Shown piece after piece: positions 11,360 through 26,300 of a DNA stretch of 64,000 nt. Position 1 is the stretch's first letter. Every line of letters begins with the position of its first letter. The notes under the pieces were generated by a model. That model saw only the letters and a list, made by a program, of their open reading frames with translations. It searched no databases and had not been told where the DNA came from. The translations under genes and the position numbers were made by a program. The stretch lies in the NCBI GenBank assembly GCA_964188305.1, contig OZ076885.1. One strand, written 5' to 3'. This DNA comes from Podarcis bocagei (taxonomy: Eukaryota).

Positions 11360-14300
11360 CTGTGAAGACAAAGAAAAATTATCAGTAGCTACATTAGCCA
11401 GTTCTTTTTTCTTTCACATAATACACAGCAGGTGTGGGGGCCCTCCAGATGTTGTTGAACTCCAACTCCCATCAGCACCAGCCAACATGGTCAATGGTAA
11501 GGGATGATGGGCATGGTAGTCCAAGAGCATTTGAGGGACCACAGGCTCCTCACCCCTGAGACACAGGAATAAAAGAGGTAGTTCAAAAAACATAAAACAG
11601 AAGAGCAGAGTAAGGCATAATTAATAATAATAATGCTTTATCTGAAGACAGATTTGATTCAATAGATTCAGCACAACATTACTATCAAACTATGAAATGC
11701 TCTCAAGATCTCCCAACCTGTATGCACAGCTACCCTGGAAGGGAGTAAAATGCTGTAAACAGCATCTATCCACGTCCATGGCTTGTTTGTAGGTGTGAAG
11801 GTGCATGAGATTGTGGCCTCTGAAATTTGCTGGAGCAACTTTAGCACAATTACACTTGTCAGCCTGCTGCTAACAGATGGCAACTTGCAGGCATTTTCTT
11901 TCAAAACCTTTTGTACATTTTACAGGGTTTCAGAGGCAAAAACAAACATGTCATTAACCATGAAGAGCATATGATCTACAATAAAGCAGAGAAAACAAAA
12001 GGGAGGGAGAGAAGAGTGTGAGCAAATGCAGTCAGACTTGCTCAGCTACAGTTGGGAATGAAGACTGAAGAGTGAAGACAAAGACCTCATGGGAAAGATA
12101 TGCTCAAGGGGAGCACTGTGCTTAAGGAATCAGTTCTGCACATAGGAGAAAATATTAAGTTGTGACTGAGTGCAGGATACTGTCTGAGGGAGCTAAGGAT
12201 GATACAATTCTGAGGATGTAGGGAAGCAGGGAAATGAGAACCAGTGTCAGAAAACACCTTGGATCATCTTGTAACAACATATTTATGTGGTACTTCAAAA
12301 TGTTACTTCTTCATATACTGTGCTTTATTATCTCAAGGAACCCTACAAAACCCCTGTAAGGCATGTCAAAATGATTATTCCAATACATTGTGTGGGTGGT
12401 CACTGGGGCAGTCTAAGGTGATGAGAAAGTGGCCTGCCTAAGGCCATGTATTTTTATAGCACTTACAAAAGATTTGAACTTGGCGCTTTGGCACTTTTGA
12501 GTTCACAGCACAATTATCTAACACATTAAATAATGAATGACCTGTTTGATCAGTCCTCTCAAATAAGGCATATTTGGTTTATGTATGGCAGGGAGCAATG
12601 CCCCCAAACTGAAATCCCATTTTTGCATACCAGATCTTCTGCCATGGACTGAGCCCCAATGTCAATGGAGAGGCTGCTGAGCTGAGGAGGATTCTGAAAT
12701 TCACGGTAGAATGTTCCAAGGTCTATTGGGAGAATGTCATCCTTAGAAAATGCCGGTTTCTAGAATTAAATGGACAAATATCAGTCAGCTGTACATTGAT
12801 AACACAACAGTGCTCTGTTCAATCATCATCTGATAATGTATTTAACCAGTATCAATGAAATGCATTCCATTGTTTCACCCAACAACAGCACAATGTATGG
12901 CATATAGTAGAACATGTTTTCATCTTTCTCCTATCAAAACTGGTCATCTGGCTATTTTCTGGACTGCAAGTGAACCTGTAGTCTGTAATGTTATATTGCT
13001 TTTACTATTTTTGTTGGGAGCCGCCCAGAGTGGCTGGGGCAACCCAGTCAAATAAGCAGCATATAAATAATAAGTTGTTATTATTATAACCTGTGTTGTA
13101 GACCACCTTCTTAGATACTGCTCTTTGCTCATGTCACCCTATAATCTGAGTAACGTAGAGAATTTGCTGAGATTGATTTGGGGTGAGAGTTTGTGAAAAG
13201 GGCCACTTTTGGACAGAAGGCTGCACCAAATAGCCTTTGAGTTCTAGTCCTATGAGTAAAACTCATCATGGGTTCTTAAGAATAAAAGTTTCAGGCCTCT
13301 CAAAAGGGTCCAGTATGCTGGAATTCCTGCAAGCTCAGTCTCTCAATATTTTGGGAGGCCACATCAGTACACTTCTGCTTTTTAATGAAATAATATCCAG
13401 AGCCATTTGCCCCACATTGGTTCTGTGAAGATGCCTTTTCCTAAGGAATTTCATATATTTTAGCATTTCAGTTCTCCTTCAGACATTGAGGCGAAGGTTG
13501 TATGTGTATGTAAAGGGCTGCATCAACTTACGAAGTCAACCATAACAAAATCGTCATGGATGTTCCCATTGCTGCTGCCACTGGAGCCCACTGAGTGTAG
13601 GCTGCCCTGGAGGGGAGACTCTATTTCTGGAGAGTCAGGAGGATTCACCTGTTGAAGAAATCCAAGTGTCAGACCAACATACCCAAACACTGGCATGAGG
13701 GAATTAAATGGATGCTAAAAGTTACGTTTTTCAGATAGAAAACAGAAGCATGCTAATGGCTGGGTTAGGAAATTCAGACCCACTCAAATCTGAGAAGGCA
13801 GGACTGAGCAAGACTGGCATTTCTTACCATGGGGTCATTATCTTCTGGCTCAATGTTCTTGGGAGCAAACATAGCAAAAGGAATGTCCAAACTGGCCATG
13901 GTCACCTAGAAAGGATCAAAAGACAGAATCCCAAATGTTCAGTCAAATGCCGCTCCTCTTACCCAGCATGCAACACAGAACTGTGAATCTTCAAACTATG
14001 ATCAACTAATGTTCAAAGAAGAAAGAAGAAAGAAACAGAAAGGCTGCTGTTGTTTTCTGCCTCCTGTGTCAAGGGAGAGGATATTCCTTGAGTTTTTTCT
14101 TTCCTAAAGAACAGCACATCATAGAATTTCAGAGCTGGAAAAGACCTCGTCCAAACCCCTTGCTCAATGCAAGACTTGCAACCACCATATTTATGACACA
14201 AAGTCTCCAAGAGCAATGAATTTAAATTACCTGGTTGATAGGTTTATTGACAAAGGCTCCCACCTTCCGCACAAATATTGTCTCCCAGAGATCATGTGGG

Positions 14301-17300
14301 GACCCACTCTTTCCTTCACTGCTGTTAGATACAGTTTCTGTGTCCTCACTGAGAGAGAAAAGAGAAGGGGTATTAATTGATTTCCTTTTGTTTTTCTTGC
14401 TCTGCACGAGCTCTGGAATGAAGCACTGGTACATGAGAGTGTATTATTTGTTTACCCATATGTGGTACTGCAGGTACAAAAGGCAGTATTCTACACACAA
14501 AGGACAATGCATAATGTGTAAAAAGTATCAGCAAAGTTCATGGTGAATCAAAGTTATCTCAGTAGTCATCCCAAATAAAACTGAAAAGGCCCTCTCCTGG
14601 GTACCCACTTGCTGTATTTCAGATAGTGGTGAAGGTGGTGGTCCCAAAGGAAGGTCTCCAAAGTGGAGTAGAAATCCTGGACAGACTCATTTGCAGGCTG
14701 TGTGTGTCTTAACATATTGTGGTCCCAAGATTTTAAATATTGAAGCCAACACTTTGAATTGAGCCTGAGAACAAACTGGTAACCAGTGAAGTTGGTGGAG
14801 GATTTGCGTAATACAATTTGAACAGAACACTCCCAGCCACATTCTGGATAAAAGACTACAAAACTGTTCCCATAGAATATTTCACTACTCTTTTCTCCTT
14901 CAAAATGGATTTTGTTTTCTTAATATTTTCATGGGTTTCTCCCCACTTCAAGTTGTGATTTGTATGTTAAATTAATATCCACACCATAAATGTCTTCAAA
15001 AGGCAATGTCATTCCAGGCCTCTGGAGGCTCCTGATCATATCCCTCATGAATGCAGGTACAGGTGTGGAGAGGGAGATTACAGCCATATGAACAGGGGCA
15101 CCACCCAGAGATTATGGAATACACGTGAACAGGCCCTAGACCAAATAGTGCCCCCTGCACCTGTTCAGCTTTTGAAAGCCCTATTTTTTATTGCATTTGT
15201 ATCCCATTTCATGACTTTGAGGTGTAGTATGCATGGATGATTTATTCCTGTCAAATATGGTGATTAATTGGCACATGTGGATCTGTCAATCTGTATATAT
15301 TGATATCACACATAAACATAAAAAACACTAAATTGGCTTCTTCTAAGCTTGTGGGAGCTTCCTAACATTAATTGAAATGTACTAACATCAAGAAATTGAA
15401 CTGTACAGCAGTGCTGGCTGGAGCAGTATTAAATAGTGTTACAGCTTTACAAGTGAGGATGAAGTGTTTGCATGTTTATTTAAGTTTATTTAAGGGGACA
15501 GACAGTGGGCAATTTGAGACTAGCATCCCAGGCGCTTGTCTAAATTACATCCTCAGGAAAAATAGAAATGTTAAGTTTGCCAAAGCTACCAGTATTAAAC
15601 TGCAAATGTGAGTGTTGGTACTGTCCTCAACTCTAAAGGGCAAGGTTTGTGCTTAACCCTAACAGAAGCTCAGCAGGAATTGGTGTTTGAGGTATTCTTG
15701 TTAGAAGCTACAACTATGCTTTAGTACCTGCATTCAGAAATGAAACCAAAACTACTTTATTATTACTAATGAAGAGTCTAGTATGTGGAACTAATGAAAT
15801 GTCACAAGGTGGAAATAGTGGCATTAAAAGTAGCTGGATCAGACAGATGTAGATCTTACCAAGAGTACAGCTCCAGTTCTTACATTTTTTGCTGCTACTG
15901 AAATTTGTAAAGTTTCCAAAGTCCAAAACAATGCTGAACTTTAGGTGCTGATCCATCAAGAATAGTGAAAGTTACTGTAATTACTGAATACTAAATAACT
16001 GAACTAAATAATGTTGATTTTATGTGTGTAGATGCATTTTACTATGAAAACATTCTATCAAACAGCTGTTGGATTTGGAAAATTACTGTCCTATCTTCCT
16101 ACAGGGCTGTAGTTACTGCAAATGTAGGAGAACCCTACTTACACATGCTTTCTCTGCACTTTCACTTTGGGGGGAAAGAAAGGGAGGAAAAAGAATCTGA
16201 ATTAGGGAAAGTTAAAATCCTCTAATGATCTTCCTAACTGCCTCTTTCCAGAAAGCTGCTTATAGCCTAGCAAATGAATTATTATTTTTAAAACCTGTAG
16301 TAAGACTATGAATCACCACGAAGAGATGGAAAACTTACCTGCTAGCTGGAGTAACTGCAGAGTAGTGACCCCCATCCAAAGGGGTGCATGTTGCCATTCT
16401 CTCATGATCAGCCTGAGTGCCATGAACTGGTTGGCTAGGAATCAAGGGCACTCCTCCATCCTTCCCTGGAACCATCAACTGGAGGAGAAAGGGATAAGAA
16501 AATTAGATATTTTAGTATTCATTTAAAAAAGCTCTAGGCTCTTTTATTTTCAAGTGTATGGTTGCCTGACTCTCAATGATAGGTAGCTGACAGCTGATTA
16601 CATGTTATACTCATGATATGAGAAACAGCCTGGTTCTGCCTGAAGGCTTCCTACCAACAGGTAAAGAGAGCTGGAGAGGATCTCAGTCACTTACAATGAA
16701 GTTAAGACAGGGAGCACCAGAAGAAATTATCAACTAAGGAGAGTGATAACCAGACATGACAAAGAAAGCTGGGCATTGGCCCCCCATTCCCAGCACTTGA
16801 CTATGATATCCTCCAGTTTTCTTTGCTTTATGGCAGAAAGCCTTCAAATTTCTTAACAGGCAAAGCAAGGCTGCTTCTTATGTTGCTCAGCTCTGACTGT
16901 ACCCTACAAGTAAAATAATGGGGTAAGAATGGATAGAGAAATATGTCAACAGTTAAGGAACAGAGTTAGCTATGAGACATATAAAACGGTCTCAAACCTC
17001 TAAGAATACCTGGTGAGGATGTGCAGCACTCAAGCCGCCAGCAAAGACTACTGGGTAGGCCAGGTCAGCTGATCCAACTCCCAGGGCTGTAGGCTGATAA
17101 GAAAGACGAGAGCTGGAGAGCTAAGAAATGAGAGGGGGAAAGGGAAAGGGAGAGAAAGGGAAAACCCCACACAGTCTGAATAATTTTCAGAATTACTGGA
17201 AAAGGCCAGGAAAAGAAATCAGATTTGCAGAATAAAATACTAGGCTGGAACTGAGGTAGTCTGAGCCACATGCACACACAAAACCAAACCAATCCTAGAC

Positions 17301-20300
17301 ATCTTTACTTAAAAGAAAAAGTTGCCACTGATTTCAATGGAACTTATTTTCAAGTTGTGTTTAGGATTACCAGGGACCACTCTCAAGCCTGGATTTTGCT
17401 TAAAAATGATGCACAACACCTACAAATTATGGAGATGGCATTCATATAGGACTGAGAGGATAGTATGAAGTGTGTTGACCAATAACATGCTGGACAAGAG
17501 AGCTATTACTTAAAAGCTGTGTTTATTATTTGTTTTCTATGAGGGTTTTTTTTAAATGACTGTTCTGTGTTTTATTGAAATGTTTTATATATTATTGTTA
17601 TATGCTACTTCAACTTCCTATTGATTTTCACTGCCTTTATTAAATAAATGCTACAGAAGAAGCCTGGAAAACCACTGCTCTGACAGCAGACTCTAACTGT
17701 GGATATAGGTTCATTGTCAAACAAATCATGTGACCAACTGCATGCCTCTCTTTGACTCTCACACCAAGAAGGGCAAAGCCCGAACATAAAGCCTCACATT
17801 CTGCATCTCAGTTATAGAGGCAAAAGTTTCCAGAGCAGTCATTTTATAGTCCTCAATGTGAAAGTCCACCTCATAGCCCAAACCTTCCTCTGCTTAATAT
17901 TTTAAAAATCTTTAAATTGTATATATAACCTAATAAACAATATCATTAAAACAAGAATACTACATCAAACCCTTAAAAGAACAGTTGTGTAAAAGCATAT
18001 AAAACAAATAAAAACAGGATTTCAGGGAATTCAAACAAATAAAAACAGGACTGTTTTCAAAATGACTCAGGTAACATTAAAAAATAGAATCTATTGGTAT
18101 CACACCCCCAAAGCACAGTCTGAAACAGCTACAGAAAAACATTGGACAACAAAATATTAAATTCCTCACTGGGCTATCGGAAAGCTCTGGAAAAGAAACA
18201 GAAGAAATGCCTATGTGGAATACTGGGCTCACAGTAATTAATTAATGTGCTCCAAAAGCCAATGTCTAAGGCCAACTGTAACAAAATTAATCCACTAGAA
18301 TAAAATTCACTCCTGAGGTACAATAACTGCTTCAGCCCTTTATAATGGTGACAATAAACTTTTAATTTCTTCAGAGGTGAAAAATACTGTTTATTTCCTG
18401 TCCCCTGGTCAACTCAAGAAAACACACAGCAATTTCCAGAAAACTCTATTCCACGAAGCGATCAGTATTCTACGATTGCTCTATAAAGTTTGCCCTGTAG
18501 TCTAAACTACATCTTTTCATTGCTTCTTTGCAAATTTCCTGTTCAGCAATAAAGACAATAAATTTATAACTTCAGAGATGTTTGATTCATTTTCTTTTCT
18601 AAAAGGTAGTCAGTAACTGAACAGATTTTGCAAACCTCTAAGCACATTAAACTCAAATGCATGTTTCATTTTAGGCTAACCAGCCTAAAGAGCCAAATCT
18701 AAGGAAAATTATTTACTAGTTAGTGAAAAAATACTTTTGTCATGCACCTTCTTTATTTTAAAGGTGATGTCAGGCCAAACATATTTTTTTCTACTATGAA
18801 CTCACTTGATGTGAAAAGGTCAGCCCCATCAAAGGGCCCTTCAATGTATCCGTCACGACAGGAGGAGGGGTCTGAAAATATGCTTTAGTGACAGTAAATA
18901 CACACTGAACACAGACACACAAAAGGAAAAGAAAGAAAAAGACTTCAGAAAGAAAAACTGAAAAGGGTTGGATGAAGTGAATGTTGGTGAGGACTGTGGC
19001 TACAGCTATGAGAAACATTCATACATGTCAAAGAGTTGCAGAATTGCAGGGGAGCTGCATGCTTTATAAAGGGTTTAAAATGTCAGGAAACTGTTGTCCG
19101 CTTTTTTAAAAAAGTGTTCCTAGTTGTAGTCTTTATCAATGAATTCACTGCTGATCATATATAACCAACAGCCTGAAACTCTCTTCTAAAGTCAGATGTT
19201 GTAGGACTTTTATTGATCATCTTAACAACTAGGCTTGAATAGCTGTTGGTGACAACTGAGCAAAGGGGGAGCTATATAAAGTGGAGATCACTCTACGTCC
19301 TCATGCATCTCAGTGATCAAAGCAATCTCCAGTTGCACTAGGCTTGAAGGTTCAATACAAACAGTAAGACAATAGGCTTTGTCAAACACTGGTTTTTTTA
19401 AAAAAAGATACCTCACCCTGTTACAGAGCAGCTGAACACAAACCCTAGCAAGAACAGAGAAAAAGCCTTGAGCCACAAACTCATCAGCTGTGCTGGCTGT
19501 CAAAGTCAGAAGCCATGTGTCTTCAGACTAGAGTTTGATTGAGACAACTGAAGTAATAGATTCAGAACCTTTTATAGGAACTTGTTTCTTTTGTGATATT
19601 TGACTGGGCAACCAGGAGAGCCCCTAAGCATAAGGCAAAAATCTTTAGAGTGCCCCAAAACATACATAAATTGGAAATGGACACTTTGATCCAGGAAAAC
19701 AGGGGTGAAGCAGAAGGCTGTGCCCAACCCACAGTTGCCTGTAGAGCATGCCCTCATCCTCTAGCCTGAAGTTAAGATATGATCCTCAGCAATTTCCTAG
19801 GATTATGTGCACCACAAGTGTTACATGCCTTCTCCTTCCCTAACAACATCTGTTTACATATCTTCTCTTCTGGAAATGCAATCAGAAACTCATTTCCACG
19901 CCAGGGTTGCCCTAGTGAAGGAGATTCGAAAACTAAACCTTCAACACCAACTGCACAGCTCCAAAGGCTCTTTGCCAGTCTTTTAAATCTATGGAATACA
20001 TCGGCCAGAGTATGCAAAGTTTTAAAAGGAAAAGAGAAGAGAAAAGTGACCCAATCTTTAAGTATTTTACACTTGCCAGGTATAGAGAAAGGTTTTTAAA
20101 TTGCAGCAGGATGGAAACAGGTGAATACTATGCAATCAACAGATTGTCAGCAAAATTGATTCAGAACTTAAACTGCACTCTGTGCAATCAAGTGTGACCA
20201 ATACCACATTGTTTTATCTATAAAGAGACAGAATTTTTGTATGCACAAGGAAACTTATCATTAGGCACAGATGTAGTAAACTATCATTTAGTTTTCAGTA

Positions 20301-23300
20301 ACCTTCATTTTTGTATTTGTCTAACAATCTGTAATATTCAATTTTTTAAAATGTTAACTAAAAATACAAGTGTCTGTAAACTAAAACGTGCCTTGTTGAC
20401 AAACATGACAATACAGCTAGCTGCCTCTCTGAAAGAGGCATGCTGGAAAACATACAATGGTCTCTGAAAAATTGTTTACCTGTGATGGTGGAGAAGTAGA
20501 AAAAGAGGTGGTGCAGGCTTCTTGAGAATCTTCCACTGATGGGTATGCATTTTCCTCACCAGCTGTTCTGTAACAGAAGGAGATAAACTTCAAAATGGGA
20601 ATGCTCAATAAAACGTAATATTTAAAGTACATACAGAGACAGACATTGTAGACAGACCCAGAACATCTGAGTGGAGTTGAAAGGAGAATTATGAAGGAGC
20701 TCTAACTCTTTCCTTATCGGGGTTTAAATAAATGCTACTAGAGTGGATTATGTCTGGATTTTATTTGTCCAGGAGAAGTATGAAACATTATTCACCTATC
20801 TGCCTTTTAGTTTTTGTTAGGAAGATTCTTCCTGATAAATGTTACCTATGCTACCAGCTGTAGAACATAGCTGTCAACGTTTCCCTTTTTTAAAGGGAAA
20901 TTCCCTTATTCCGAATAGGATCCCTCACAAGAAAAGGGAAATGTTGACAGCTATGCTGTAGAGATGTACAAAATGTAGCTTCAAAGCCACTTTAAAGCAC
21001 CTTATCATTGCTTTTGGTCTGACTGCAAAGGAAATGTTTATAAAATAAAACCTTTTACTAAAACAACTCTTTGATTTTGATGACCACTTGTTATGTATGC
21101 TTCAGTTGAGATTCCAGCACTGCAGAGGGTTGGACTAGAGGACCCTTCAAACTCTAAAATTCTATGATTCTTTGTCAAAGTATTATACATTGCAATGGGT
21201 TGGCTCTAGGATTCCCATAAGTGGAATTCCACTGGATAAGGAGGGGGTAGTTATTCATCAGTTCCTAGTTTCACTGCTCCTGAGGGTTGCAAAAAGTGAG
21301 GGAGATGGCATACCTCCGGTCCCTCTTCCTCCAGCAGAAGCATCTGCTGGTAAACATTCCCTTTCACAAATTAAAGTAGACCCAGTATTTGAAAACTATA
21401 TGAAATAAATGAACCACATATGCTTTTGAATGCTGACACTTGAGTGTACAAACACTAAAATCAATGCTTGCAATGCACTGTGTTAGCTTTCTTCTGCAAC
21501 TCATTTCACGTAGCAGTTAAGAGTTTTCACTCTGCATAGTATTTTTTCTGATTATATACTAATGATGCAAATGAGAATTCATGTGAACCGCTGTCTACGT
21601 GAACTGGAGAGAGTCTGAAACTCTAAGAACCCTCTAGACCATATGCCATTCACCCACTTATAGAATAGAAAATGCAGGGTTTTCCATTTCATGTAATAAC
21701 TTTTTCTTTTCTCCACCCAGCTGTGCATGGTGTAGAGGCTCTGTATTTGGGAAGAACTGCCTTCACCTATGATCTGTGATTTGTATTTCCTCACCTGTAA
21801 TTGCAGGGATGCATGGGTGAGGAGCTGGGGTAGGGACGTTCCACAAAGTGATCAATGATAATCCCCATGATAGGTGGGGTCCTCTCAAACTGCCTGCAAT
21901 GCAACAAGCAAATGGTGTTATTCATAAGACTGTGTTCTCTTCTCTGCTGCAACCCCAATTCTGACAGCTAGACTGCTCTTCTGCATCAGTTAATGGGAAG
22001 CAGAGCATCCCCACAATTCAACCCTACAACTCCACACATGAACAAGGAAATTGGTGTTCAGGAGCATGACTCAGGGCTACCAAACAATATCACTCCACAA
22101 AATCTGAGAAGCCCAGGATTTTGGGCTTCAGAAGTGGAAAGTGTCCTGGAAAATGTGGCTTAGTTTGACTCTCATGCTCTCACCTGGTAGACATGAAAGC
22201 TAGGTTGATTCTGTAGGCACAGGACAAAGTAATGGTGCCTAATGGAGTACCCACTGTCCCAACACGGACGGTCTGAAATCCTATGGAAATAGAAAAATTA
22301 TCAATAATAATAACAACAACAAATTAATAGTCAGCATTAAAGATAAAGATTGATTTGCCATTTCTCTGTTGCTGAATGACAGTTTATGTCATTCTGCTAG
22401 CAACAAAGGGATAACAATATGCTTTCCTGCCATATCCCTTACTGAAGGCATACCTCTTCCTAATAAATCTCTCAGCACCTTTTTTAAAAAAAGTTATTTT
22501 ACTAATTGTGCTAGTCCATGTAGGGACTGATGCACTTGCTGTTAATAAACGTTATACTGCTATTATTGTCCTCCAGTAAGGGAATATCCTAATTCCCCCT
22601 ACATCCAAAATCCTTCATTTTCTTCTTATATTCTCCCTGACTGTTATGTTACTGGTATATAGTACAGTGGTACCTCGCAAGACGAATGCCTCGCAAGACA
22701 AAAAACTCGCTAGACGAAAGGTTTTTCCGTTTTCGATTTGCCTCGCAAGACGAAATTTCCCTATGGGCTTGCTTCGCAAGACGAAAATGTCTCGCGGCTT
22801 TGTTTCCTTTGTCTAAAAACAAAGACATGTTTTGTTTATAAAGTTAATTTATTTTCCCTTCAATTTTTGAACTGCTCTTTACAGTATGTGTGACTTTAAA
22901 GAGCAGTTAATAAACTGTTGTTGTACCAAATTTGGCTTTGTTTCGACTTTTTTTGACCATAGGAACGCATTAATTGATTTTCAATGCATTCCTATGGGAT
23001 TTCGTGCTTCGCAAGACGAAAAATTCGCTAGACGACAAAAATTGCGGAACGAATTAATTTCGTCTTGCGGGGCACCACTGTAGTTGTTTTTTTAAGTCTT
23101 CAGCTAGTTTGTTCATTGCCAAACCCGTACCTTCTCCCAAGCCACTCAGCTGAACTTCTCCGAAGTATATCCTATGAGAGAGAGAGAGAGAGCACATTAA
23201 ACATAGTCTACTAGGTAGTATAAAGTCAGGTGCACTAAGTGTTTATCATTGAGCTGTGTCTTCTGATTTACAAAGTACTTTACAAGATTAAGATTCTTTA

Positions 23301-26300
23301 CCCATACAATATTTATCTGAGTATTATTGCCTTTTACTCATGAGTAACTGGGACTGAAAGACAGCAGTTTGCCCAATGCCATCATCCAGTAAATTCATGG
23401 CTGAGCTGGAAATCTGAACCCACAGCTGATATGCTATTCACTGGTCAGCAGATGAACCAGAAATATCATTGTAAGACCCAATTCAGGCTTGCCTTTTCTA
23501 TTTAAAAAGGATCCCCCCTCACCCGCCAAACCTTTAGCAGTTCGAAAACTTTCTACCAGACATGTTCTAAGACAAAGATGGGAGAAAAAAGTTATGTTTT
23601 AACTAAGGATCCTTTTAAAGGAAACAACTGAGGAAGCAAGCTGGCTTTTAAAGGGTAAGATATTCTAAGAATATGGAGAAGCTAAAGAAAAATAATGAAG
23701 CGTTGATCAAGAATTGCAAAATACCATAGGAAAAAATGAGTGGGAAAAGTGCATGAGCCAATAGTTCTATTGTTTCTATTTCAATATTTATTACCTGTAC
23801 AATATTACATATTCATGACCTTGTTTCCTAGAGAGTCTGTAGGCAGGAGTCACCCTTGTTATAGCAAGTAAAGACTTCAGTAATAGAGACAGTCTGTTGT
23901 ACACAGTGTAAGAAACTTTGATTTCTTTATCACACCTAAAAAGCACACAGAAAGAGTTAGTCCGATATTCTCAATGAAGTGACACAAAGTACACTAATAC
24001 AAGCTAGAGACAGTGACATTTGGGGTCTACACTAGAATTAGCCATGTAAAATAGAAGCAATTGAGATTACAACCTGCCCTTAGAAACACAATCTATTCAT
24101 ATACCTTCATATACCTTATGCAATTTGTTCCTAAAGAATATTTATCGAATTGCAAAAAAGTATTTGCAGAAGTTACAAATAATCTTGTACTAGAATTAAT
24201 TACTGTAAGTTTTTGAGCATTTTTTAGCTTATTTTATTACCGTATTTTTCGCCCCATAGGACGCACCGGCCCATAGGACGCATCAAGTTTTTTGGGGGGA
24301 AATAAAGAAAAAAAAATTATTTCCCCCCCAGGCGCTTGTGGGGCAGGCAGCGGGGAGAAGCGCTCTTCTCCCCGCCGCCCGCCTTGCGATCAGGTCCGGG
24401 GACAGCAAGGAGACGCAGCGCGTCTCCCTGCTGTCCCCGGAGTGGTGGGGCAGGCAGCGGGGAGAAGCGCTCTTCTCCCCCCCGCCCGCCTTGCGATCAG
24501 GTCCGGGGACAGCAGGGAGACGCGCTGCGTCCCCCTGCTGTCCCCGGAGTGGTGGGGCAGGCAGCGGGGAGAAGCACTCTTCTCCCCGCCGTCAGCCTCC
24601 AAACCACTTCGGGAGACAGCAGGATGGCGGCGTTCCGCCTCCCTCTGTCCCCCGACCTTGTGGGGCTGGCGCTGGGGCTCTCCTGAAGCCTGGAGAGCGA
24701 GAGGGGTCGGTGCGCACCAACCCCTCTCGCTCTCCAGGCTTCAGCGAAAGCCTGCATTCGCCCCATAAGAGGCACCCACATTTCCCCTTCATTTTTGGAG
24801 GGGAAAAAGTGCTTCTTATAGGGCGAAAAATACGGTATATAGCTTGTAGATACCTATATAATTATCTTGCATAATTCTTATTTGTAATCAATTAGAAATC
24901 CTTGTACTTCAGCACAAGATACACATGACTTTAAATACTGAGCAGGTATGTTCTGTGAAAAGACACTTGAATTTCTCAGCTAACAGAGACCAAGAGTTCT
25001 CTCTTACTTGAATGATAAATGTGATAAAATCTTAAGTCCCTTTGCAATTTTTCTAGTCTAGGAGACAAGTAAAAGCTGCGAAGCAGCAGATGCTTGTGGC
25101 TAATTATGTTTGCCTGATGCAGAATTTAAAAAAAATCAGAACTAAACTGCTGACTCACTGTAGATAATTTAACTCCAGTGTCTTCTACAACACTGTTAAA
25201 TCAAAACAGGCCATTTATATCATGGGTCAATAGGAGGATTTATTTTAGAGCTTTCTGCCATCTAATAATAACTGCCCTTTTAGATCCAGGGTGGATTGAT
25301 TTAAATCAGTCATTTAAAATCACCAACAACCAAAACAACCAGCAGAAAATAACCTAATTTAACTCAACTTTCCTATTTTGTAATTCATGCATTTCCTAAA
25401 CCTGAGTGCACATGAAGTGGTTGCTATTACCATTTAACCATATTGGCTTGCAACTATAGTCATTGAAGATAATCCAAACCCCACATGGTTTTAGCTCTAC
25501 CCTGTTATATCTGCTTCTAGGCAAGTGGGGAAACTGTGAACATGACTAAGAACATAAAAAGAGTCCTGCTGGATCAGACCAAATAACTATTTAGTTGAGT
25601 ATTCTGTTTCCCACAGTGGCCAACCAAATACATATGGGAAGCCCACAAACAGAACATGAGTGCAACAGCCCTCTCCCATTGTTGTTTCCCAGCAACTAGT
25701 ATTCAGATGAAGTCCTGTGCCCTTATGCACTTAGTCAGCCAAGAAGTATCTGCTTATTGGACAAGTATCAGCAACACACACTTACTTTTCATTCATTTCC
25801 AAACACCAAATTTCCAACTCCATGGAATCCCCCTGCAGTGGAAAAAGGAATGTTTAAATAACATCTTTGTGAGATGCTCAATGAATGGGAATAACCTGCA
25901 AAATAAGTTTATCATCATATGAATAATCATTTTAGATCTTACTGTGGTCCCTTTGGAAGTTGAATGGAGACACAAAATTCAAAATACTACATGTAATAAG
26001 GAATTTGTAGCTATGGTTTGCTCCTTCTGATTCATAAGATTAAAGATTTGCATATATAAACAAGAGACCCTTTCCCCCTTGTGAGATGCACTCAGCTTCC
26101 TTTTGACTTCAAATGACAAATATACCATATTTTTCGCTCTATAAGACGCACCAGACCACAAGACGCACCTAGTTTTTGGAGGAGGAAAACAAGAAAAAAA
26201 AATTCTGAATCTGCGCAGTGAAAGCAGCAATCCCTCTTGCTGTTCTGGCTTCTGTGATAGCTGCGCAGCCTGCATTTGCTCCATAAGATGCAAACACATT

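Noticed and set aside
24292-24874. Repetitive 116-178 aa ORFs and a superficially array-like structure
   Set aside because: Translation of the GC-rich tandem repeat inside a MITE; no unique spacers and a eukaryotic context, so neither a gene nor CRISPR.
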